A DNA stretch of 64,000 nucleotides from Convolutriloba macropyga (Eukaryota): the NCBI RefSeq assembly GCF_964194025.1, contig NC_134474.1, positions 20,956,001 through 21,020,000 of the forward strand. Reading direction: 5' to 3'. The notes under the pieces were generated by a model. It was not told where the DNA came from. It was given only the letters and a program-made list of their open reading frames with translations, and did not search any database. Both the position numbers and the translations under genes were made by a program. Positions 51,380-60,824 of the stretch are shown here, piece by piece (within the stretch, counting starts at the first letter, position 1; every line of letters starts with the position of its first letter).

Positions 51380-53529
51380 TTAAGCAACAGAAGCCGCTTT
51401 CATATCAGCTTTGGAGGCCATAATGACTCCAATGATAACTCCGAACAGCCCGATGGCACTGGCGAAGATCTCGATAATTAGGATTCTCACAAACAGACGT
51501 GTGTCTTGTGCATCTGCGAGTGCGGCTCCGGCACCTAAAAACAAGGCAGTAGATTTCGAATTTTACATAATAGAAAACGGGTAGTGAAATACAGACCTAC
51601 ATCGCAAACTGTTCACGAGAACATCGCAAGAGGTGAACATTTCACTTCAGCAGTTAAGTATACGAAGCATCAAATGCAACATAAATGTAAACTTCTGGAA
51701 AAATCAGACGTTGTCATAACACCTAATGAGAGCTGACATTCTATTTGACGTGAAACTTCAACGCCAATGAAAAATGCCTCATTTTTAATGGCACTGATGC
51801 AAACATGTAAGATGTAACCAACTAACAAAAATGCGAGACAGCTAAGAAGACTGATGTATCTTCTTCTTCTTCTAAACCAGCAAGTATATTTATTTTTTTT
51901 TAAAAAAAAGGCCTAAAAATTTGTTATAAAACTATATCCCAGCTTGAGAAGTATGAAATTAAGAACCTAAGTTATTTCAAATCAAATTAATCATTCAACA
52001 AAAAATTTTAATCAGTGTTTCAGTGTTTGCTAACTTTTAATTCAATTGATAAAAAACACTGAACCGACTACAGTCGGGCAAAACGTTCTCGAACAACAGG
52101 TGAGAGGCTGGATTTGATTGTAGCTGGCTTCAGCACAGGGAATCTTATATGGCGACGAAAAGAGCGCGGAGGAGTGGGGGTAAAAATGAGGACGGAGCAG
52201 TTCAAGATCGCCATTTAAACAAAGAAATTCTACTTCATCAAGCGTTCCTTGGCAGCTGTGTCAAAACCCACACTTAGAGCCTTCTAAAGCTCTAAGAGAG
52301 CTGTTTAGATGCTTAATGCTTTCAGGCTCAGCCATTTTATTCCGTTTTTGAAAACGGAGGGTCAACTTAAACCTCCGACGCGAGCGAAGGAATGTTCTAC
52401 CGAAAAAATCCAAATTGTCAAGCAAAAATTTTGCATAAATAAAACCATAGCAGGCAGAATACCGAAAACGACTTTAGTTGTTAAGCTTGAATTGGCATGG
52501 CAAGACAACTACTCAAAATGCCTTTTCAGCCTTTAGTAATCCACCAATTCTTAATGAATATATATTAGACACTAAGCTACAGTCAGAGTCCAATGTATAA
52601 AAACAGAAAAACTGAGAACAGAAATCAATGTTCAAAAAAGACGTCAAAATTCATAATACATATAAAACACAATAGGATGTATCCTGAAATACGATCCAAA
52701 ACATTGAACGAAAAGCAATACTTCTGTAACTGACCAGCAGACAAATTGAATGCATCGAGCTATTCCAACAAACATAGCTTCACAATACAAAAATTATAGC
52801 ATTAAAATGTATATACTTTTAGCACCAGAATGTAAAATACCAATGTTTTAACATTTGTTCATGCTGAAGTGATATTACACGCATTTTAGATGAATTTGGG
52901 CTGAAATTAAACAACAGACTAATTTTGTTTCATCTTTAACACATGTTGGCATTGAACTTATCACTCAAAATATTTAAAATGTTTTACGTAATCAATAAAA
53001 TTATTTCTCAATTCTGTATTGTTAGTTTCTTCAACAAAACAAGGCTATTAACAATGAGATTTTTAGATTACTAATTCACCCGGCAGTATTATCAGCTATC
53101 AATCAACAGATTCTTGATTAAATTCGGAAGTAGTTTTTTTTGCAAAAAACTAACTTTATTCATTTTTAAATCAACTTCACCGTTGCACGTGCACATCATC
53201 TTTGTACAGTTATTTAATTCATCTGTGATTTTTCAATTTTAAACCAAAAATGTCTGCTTTGGTAATTGGTACTTTCTACATCTCAATAACAGATTTTATA
53301 GTAAAATTTGAGAATATATTTTTTACTATTCATTCGATTACACATTTTTTTCTGTTTAGTCGATTGTTTCATATGAACTCCTTTCAACGACTCTAGAGGA
53401 AAATGGCTCTCAAAATTTTAAAAAATGGGAACAACTCTTCTTTTATTAGAGTACATTTTTTCTCATTTTTTTGGAGCAGCTATCAATTTCGAAGAGTCAA
53501 ATCAGTATACAAGAGCTTCACTTCCAGTC

Positions 53530-53598
<69 letters not shown>

Positions 53599-56500
53599 AA
53601 ACAAACAATAGACAACCAACTAAGAAACAATACATAAAAGTTAAAAACCAACTAGTTTTTTATGGATAAATTCCATAAGACAGCTCAACTACACGTTTTC
53701 TCGAGTACATCAGAGCACTTATACATGGATTGGAAATAAATATTGCGAACTTAAGATGTACCCAATTTTTTAAATTTTGACGTTTCTGGTTGCTTTGAAA
53801 ACGTTCAGAAATATAACGAAAAAAATGTGAGTTGGTGGGAATCTGACTACTGAATACCCAACAGAGTTAATATATTTTTTTCAGTGTCAAGTTTAGCTTG
53901 ACTATTTTCCTTTTCTGTGAGATTTTGCTATAAACATTATGAACTAATTATAAAGCTGAAAAAGAGGGCCGATGCACATATTTTATCCATTTTATTTGTT
54001 AAAACTTTTTCAAAGCAACCTCCATTTTTGTTACAGTTGTCACACTACAAGTTACTCAGATGCTAAGAGTTTTGTTGGAAACGGTCTCATTTTGTGATTC
54101 GATTTCCAGTTTCTCCATTATCAACTTCAATTTCTTGTTTTCTTCATACTGTGAGTAAGGTTGGAATGTTTCAAGAAATTTGCAATGCCAGATGCATTCA
54201 ATCTAAATTTATTCTTCTCAATTGTTTCTGACCGATTCAACTTTGTTTTCCTTGATATCTTTCATTTTTTGGGAATATATTCCAGAATCTAAGCAAGTTT
54301 GGAGGCTCGAAATTCAAATCGAAATCAATATAAACCCGATTAAATTTTCAGGTACCTGAAAGTAGTGTCACCCATTAGTTTTAAACTAAGAGGGCGAAGT
54401 AATTTGGTCTCCGCCTTTAGTTGGAAATCGCTTTAAAAACATTACGGATGTTCACTTTTGGAAAGACACCCAATAATATAATCAGTTTCCAGATCCGATT
54501 AACTTTTTGGGGGGTGGACATTAATAGAATCCTGTGGGCATTTTGGGATGTCAAACAAAAAATAATTAGGTAGTAAAATTTTCTATAACTTCTTGGAAAA
54601 TTCTTGTGTTTTTCTTAATCTACTTAGAAGTAATAAATACAAAATTATGTCTTATTTCTCGAGAGCTAAATCGGTTTCCAAACTATATATTAATCTTTGT
54701 TTTCTTCGAAACATCAACTTCTGTTTTCTTCGAAAAAGCATGTGACTCTGCGATGGGGTAGGAATTTTGTGCCCATACATATTTCCGAGCCCCATAGTTT
54801 GTATATTTTCTATACTAATACGATGATACTAATACGAGGTAAACGAGTTTTCGCAAAAACATCGGGAATATTGGATAATATCAATGATGCCATTTTGTTT
54901 CTATTCAACTAACTAGTCTATGATAAGACCAAAAAATATAGCTATTTGGTTTTTGTAAATAATTTAAAATTCAGTTTTTAAAAGTGCAGAATTTATCAAT
55001 TTTTTTTTACTCCTAGAAAACTGAAATAACCCTTCAATTGTATTACGATATCCTTGCTTTGAGTTGTGTAAAATATTTTCGAGCAATTTAGAGCAAAATT
55101 TCAAAGAAGGCAGGATACGTTGAAGGGCTTTCACAATTTTATTTGTCTCTTCTACACAGTCATTTGGCATGACATGAAAATTGATCCTCCTAGCTTTAAA
55201 ACTAAAGATAAATTTAGAATATAAATTTGGAATAAATTTTGATGGTATCAATGCCAAAACTTCGCATTCAAGACAATGCCGCATCGAAATAACAAAATAT
55301 CCAGTATAATTGGAGGCTAGAGTCACAGATGTCATTCGCGATATCCTTCGTGTTACCTCATCAGTTTAAAACACTTCTAAGTTGACGAAAGTTCTTGTTA
55401 AACTTTTTTCTGTCATTAAAGATTGAAGATGTATTCAACTCACCGACAAGACCAACGGAAATCCCACAAACTAAGTTAGTTAGTCCGACCGTCACTCCGG
55501 CCCCAAAAATGATGAATCCTGAAATCCACAAATGTAAATTTAATCTACGTTTGATCAATGCAAGACCTGATAATTTTACCGATAACTTACCCGAATAGTA
55601 GTTATTCAGGAGGGTAGCATAGTCCAGGGCTTTTACATCAAATTCCTAAAAATAACATTTGAGCAATATACAGCAAAATTTATAATGCTTTGTTTGCTAA
55701 TAATTTTCTACCTCTATACTCGCAGACATGAGAATGGCGATAATGATTCCGTAGATTGCCACTGCTTCACAAAACACGATGCTGAAAATATAGCACATCC
55801 TGAATTTGAAATGAGCTGTTATGCATTCTTACCGCGATTTGTTAAATTGGACGTCGGACTTTTGATGAACAGGGCATTGACAAAATTACCTGACTAAATT
55901 CTTAGCCCTGATCCATGGAGCTTTTACACCACCACCTAGGATGCTCGTCCCTGTGATATAGATTCCACTTGCAGCTCCAATAACTGATAAGCCTATAGAA
56001 AGAGCGATTCCGATGTTGGCCCAAGCGATTGGATCGATTGCCGTCAAAGCCCTACAAACATTTAATTTATTGGGTATTGATTAAACGAAGCAATTTGGTC
56101 ATTGAGATCAGTGGTTTCCCCAAACAAAAGATTTCATTGAAATTACATCTAGATCTAAGTAAAAACTGACAAACTCTGTTCCGTGTCCGTTCATAATTCA
56201 GAAAAATTGTTGGACCAGACTAATTATTGATGTAATTTCATATCGTATCGTACGCTGATATCATATCGTATCTAAGGACAAAAATCAGCTTTGCTCTCCT
56301 GAGGAGTCCTATCCTCTGCATTCGTGGGTCAAGGACGCTTAGGCGGCGCGAAATTGTAGATGCCTCGATGGGAGCTGTGGTTGAAGAAGGGAGGCTGTTA
56401 GTTTGACTCATCTACTTTCGTCATTATTTGTTTGTTTTCTAGTTCTGTCTGTCTTTTGTTTCACTTCCTCAGCTGATGTTTGTATATATCATTTTATTGA

Positions 56501-56848
56501 TAGATTTAAACAATACGAAATGCCTTATGAAGACGTAGTGCTGGGAGGGCCCCGGACCAGCCAATATTCACCCAGTGTTGGGGAGAGGCATTTCTTAATT
56601 TACCTATTTGAATTTTTTTTAAAAAATCAACAAGAAGGAATGAAAGCTTACCATCCGATGTCAAACTTGTAACTATATTTGCCGAAAAGATAAATCAATC
56701 CTGAAACAAAACGAAGATTTAGGACATTTAACCTTTCAAATAGGTGAGACATATAGTATACAATTGATATACCTATTACAATCCATGCCGATAGTGCAAT
56801 GTATGTCAAAAAGGGCAGGTAGCTAAGAAGTGGTCTTGATGTTCTCAT
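51380..56848 (-). CDS. ATP6V0B: V-type proton ATPase 21-kDa proteolipid subunit c'' (VMA16 ortholog), 213 aa; exons 56773-56848, 56652-56700, 55890-56051, 55712-55781, 55591-55645, 55444-55518, 51380-51534
   Basis: Spliced protein contains [61 protein letters not shown] (essential Glu), [15 protein letters not shown] and [26 protein letters not shown]. All introns are GT-AG; the exons total 642 nt in frame. Confidence 0.97.
53532..53593. repeat. (CT)31 microsatellite in ATP6V0B intron 6
   Basis: Read directly from the sequence. Confidence 0.98.
56238..56600 (-). mobile_element. Probable retroposon 3'-end remnant in ATP6V0B intron 2
   Basis: GC-richer patch ending on the minus strand in a structured segment ggactcctcaggagagcaaagct..gtcc followed by a degenerate (GATAC)n tail. 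Confidence 0.35.
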
Positions 56849-56971
56849 TTCTACCTGAAATTGATTGCAAAACGATCTTCAGTGATATATAAATAGAACA
56901 GGAAAAATTATGCACTTCAATATGCATATCCAAAACAAAAAAAACGGATTTTCTTGCTAGGACAAGAATGT

Positions 56972-57020
56972 GTGCATGCGCATTATTCGCAGGAAATTGT
57001 ACATGCGCATTATTCGCAGA
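56972..57020 (-). promoter_or_regulatory. Duplicated catgcgcattattcgcag motif upstream of ATP6V0B (NRF1/Ewg-like site)
   Basis: An 18-bp direct repeat lies ~125-170 bp upstream of the ATG and contains TGCGCATG. Confidence 0.35.
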
Positions 57021-57149
57021 AAACTTCCCCGACACACACACACACACCTACACGCGCACACGACCACAAACTTGCAACTATAGCAGAGTAATCTGCTTCA
57101 AAAATCTCACAATTGTCACATTTATTTTTATAAGTAGTAAGAGGCTTAA

Positions 57150-59050
57150 TTACAACATTGTACTTTAAAACAAAAATATAAACTGAAATAGGAAGTACGG
57201 GAATTCTAATTATTTGAAAACACTTTCAAGAGCTCATATTTAGCACGCGTTTTAAACAGTGAAGCTTTCATCATGATATCCAAATCAGTTTGCAGTTGAA
57301 TGAAGTTAGCATATTTACAAGCCCGAAGGAAAAAGTTAGTCTCAGTGGTTTTCAGGTTGGATCTGGGAATTTCGTGTCGAAAGCTTCTCTTCTTAGGCTA
57401 AAACATCTATTAAGCAGTTTATTGAACATCAAAACATCCGATAGTTCGAGCATCATTGATATCGGAAGTTTTGTTTTCAATAAACGCTCTTCGTATGATT
57501 ACCCAGAGCAGACCCCGAGGGATACCATACCTCGGACGAGTAACGCAGGGCGAAGCATCTTGTAGAGATTGACTTTGACTTGTGCCCAGACTGAAGGAAA
57601 GAGTCCGCTTTAGTTTCAGAAAGATGAAGTAACAAGTCGAAAATTTCTTGGATATATGATGTTTAGTGTATGGTAGACGAGATGAAAACTTCGAGATCTT
57701 TAAGATTGATTGAAGAATAAATGCTTTTGCTACCAAACTCCACATGGCAGTCAGGTGTTTTATCATTCACCGATTGAAGAAGCGTTTTATTATCATTAAA
57801 GAACATGCGGTTAGAGTCTGCCCAGTCATGACAATTGTTAATATCCAATTCTAGTCGCCCTGATAGCATTGTTGACTAGCTTGCTGTCATCAGCATAAAT
57901 GAACAGAGGAGACGATATACAAGATTCCGGTAAATTATTGATAAAGACAACGAATAAAAAGAGAACCAAAATGGAGCCCTGGGGTAAACCACTGGTATTT
58001 GGAAGGAAGTCATTGAAAATATTACCAGTTTTAACATATTTTTGGTATTTTCTGCAGGAGATGACAATGAGGCGTTTTGTCATGAGCCTTGCTAAGATCA
58101 AGATAGCAACAGTAAGTGGGTAACCTTTTGTCTAATTTATCATAAACACGATTTAGGAATAACAGCACTTGCAGAGTGCTGGAACGTTACAAGGTATCAT
58201 AACAAATGCGCTCAAAGACAAGCGAAAGTTTTGATAATATATTAATAGGGATGTAGGAATTTGGATCTTTTCCGTTTGTGCTCCGCCAGCTTAGTGGGTG
58301 CATATTATTTGCAACCCCCAGAGGCACGTGCAATATTTTTACATAATGATTTACTATGTAATGACACGTGCTCTGTAACTGGGGGGAGCATAACGTACTG
58401 GGGGGGGGGGGCACAAACGGAAAAGATCCAGGAATTTATCATCTATTTGTCTCCATTTTTGTATAAGGGACGAATGTAGGATTATTTCCAAGAAGATGGG
58501 GAAAACACCAGGCGAAACAAACTAAAGTGCATTTCCTACGTCTTTGAGAGTAAAAATGACATCATTGAGTTGGTTAGGAGAGAAGTTCAAGATAGAGGAT
58601 TGAGTTTCCTCGAAAGTAGAGGCAAAAATAAGAATTGAAAGCATCACAGAGATTTTTTGTCGGGAGGAAGAAAGTTTGTCTCCCTATGCGGATTGCAAAT
58701 ACAGTTGAGTGGGGATTTCATCATCGTATAGCTTGAAACAATCGAAACATCATGAAGTTCTATATAAATAAGGAGTGAGTAAGCAGATTCAATTTTTCAA
58801 GCCGTTTCTTGTAGGTCGTTTCCAGGTTATTTAGGATTCAACTCGTAGTTTCCTCTTGAACTCTCCAATCTTCAAAAAATTCTGTTTTGTTAGAGAACCA
58901 GGCTTGAGTTGCACATGCAGCCATTGGAGCCACATATTACTGTGGAGGCATTGAGTTAAGCATTTAGTTTCGTAGAGGCCAATGTTTCTTTTTAAGAAAT
59001 AGAACGCCATTTTAATGGCAAGATCTTTTTCTTTCGCCTTAGTACTCAAT
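57150..59050 (-). mobile_element. Old, heavily degraded CR1/L2-group LINE (RT and C-terminal region)
   Basis: Fragments KNGDK..NSYIPINILSKLSLVFERI, GLPQGSIL..FLFVVFINNLP, FIYADDSKL and DWADSNRMFFN, with many stops and frameshifts. Confidence 0.85.
58263..58429. mobile_element. 167-bp MITE with 19-bp perfect TIRs and 8-bp TSD (Merlin-like termini), inserted in the old LINE
   Basis: aggaattt|ggatcttttccgtttgtgc ... gcacaaacggaaaagatcc|aggaattt; removing it restores the RT reading frame. Confidence 0.9.
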
Positions 59051-59244
59051 AGTTTTGTTCTTCAGGCTTATATTATGATTATTATGTTCTTCAGGCTTAT
59101 ATATCAATTATCTCTAACGATATCTTTGGGTGGACCTACTGTCAGGACGTCCTACCTCGACACTGTAGTCAACACCCTTCCTCAACCAGCTTAATTCCTC
59201 TCAATTTATATTATATCATTTGTATCTTTCACCTCTCTATCCGT

Positions 59245-59824
59245 ATGATAAAAATAGTTGCGGCAAGTTCCCTTTATCATTCCATCAACAAGTTAAAACC
59301 ATCAGAACAAGAGAAACTTTCTGACATTGTTCTCTTTCCCTGGCCTTAACCTAGACCCAAACACATCAAACTATTGTTACGATTATCTTACATCAGCTCC
59401 TTTGAGAAACCGAAACATTATTCTTTGGCACGATCTTCTGAATAATACTCTAACCTCTCATCCCAGGAAGAAAAACACCCCTCAAACGGTTGACGAATTG
59501 ATCGAAACCTTGAAGACTATTCCCAACCTCTTTTGTGTTTTCACCTGCCAACGCGAAGGAGCGCCTTATTTCTTTGGCAAACTTGTAAAGGCTCTAAAGT
59601 GTTACGTAATCGGCGTGACAAAGCACATCATTAGTGCCTCCGAACAAACCGACGTGTTGGTATTAGCAGAATACCGAGAGCTCCATCAACACCCAGACGA
59701 GGAACTGCGAAGCCTGGCATCAGTACTACACTACAACACTGACATCAAGCGAATCTTCAAGACACGTGGTACGAAGCGACGATCGGCTGGTGAACGACGG
59801 GAAGACAAACAAATAAAACTCTAG
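59245..59824 (+). pseudogene. LINE-associated ORF0, divergent SGNH/GDSL esterase-like (one frameshift near 59330)
   Basis: MIKIVAASSLY (block I-like), SFPGL (block II), IILWHDLLNN (block III-like) and RELHQ (block V-like) occur in the SGNH order and spacing. The motifs are non-canonical. Confidence 0.5.
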
Positions 59825-59944
59825 ATCAGGTAGGCGTGCTTATTGAGTCTTTGGCTCTGAGCCCCTACTAGTTCTTGTTCATTTGTTAAACTGTTAATCT
59901 TCTAAGGCGCGCTTATTGAGTCTCTGGCTCTGAGCCCCTGGAAG

Positions 59945-60824
59945 ATGTCTAAACACAATACCCGCCATCGAATGAAGTTAATCCCCGGTTGTTGCTCTAC
60001 ATGTGCCGAGAAAATTCTGAAAAATGAAAGCTCTTTTGACTGCTTCTTTTGTGGACGTCGAATGCACCTAACAGAGAACTGCACAGGCCTAAGTGAAACG
60101 GCAATGAAAGGAGTCTTTGCCCTCGGAAAAAATGTCCTACTGCTTTGTAACGCTTGCGTTGAAGATAAACGCCAAGAAAAGATTGAATAAGCACTTCAAG
60201 AGCACGCGACGGTAAAAGAGCACCAGGAAAACCAAATGAAAAACCTTGAGAGCGAAATGACTAACCTCAAGAAAGCTGTCTCTGAGATCAAGTCGTTCCT
60301 CACAAGCAAGCCCCAAATAGAAGCAGTCCCCACTGTTGTACCAACTCCAAAACCTGAAGCGCCACCGAAAGTTGTTGAAGAGATTGACGACATACGAGTA
60401 CGTGGAATCCCTGAATCAAACGAAAAAGAAGCTAGACTACGTCAGGAACATGATCTTGCCCAGGTTCAGAAGTTACTGGCGCACGTCGAGGTCAATGCGG
60501 ATATTGGAGATGTGATACCGCTGGGGCGGCACGAGGAGGGCAAAACTAGAACAATACTTTTGAAGACTCCAAATGCCTATCAACGACGAATGATTTTACT
60601 TTCTGTGAGAAAACTAAAAAACCTTTGGCAAACCTGTGTTTTTGAGTCAACAACTAACAAAAGAAGAAGCTGATCGTGAAAACCAAGCTTTAATGCGAAG
60701 ACGTGAACAAATCAATGATGGCACCGAACCAAAGAATCTTCGAGTTCGTGACTGAAATTTGTTCATCCGGCGAGGCACAAAATGGGTCAAGGAGAAAACA
60801 CCCGAAATCCACGGGTCCTTTTGA
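59945..60824 (+). pseudogene. LINE ORF1: PHD finger, coiled coil, RRM-like and C-terminal domains
   Basis: CSTC..CFFCGRRMHLTENC..LLCNAC; QMKNLESEMTNLKKAVSEIK; IRVRGIPE; RTILLK; VFLSQQLTKEE. Stops at 60188 and 60753, and a frameshift near 60620. Confidence 0.85.

Noticed and set aside
54964-55335. 123-aa ORF in ATP6V0B intron 6
   Set aside because: No motifs or splice support; probably chance or a transposon remnant.
56274-56345. Hammerhead ribozyme around ctgagga-gtcct...aggac
   Set aside because: The GAAA core and stems I/III cannot be formed.
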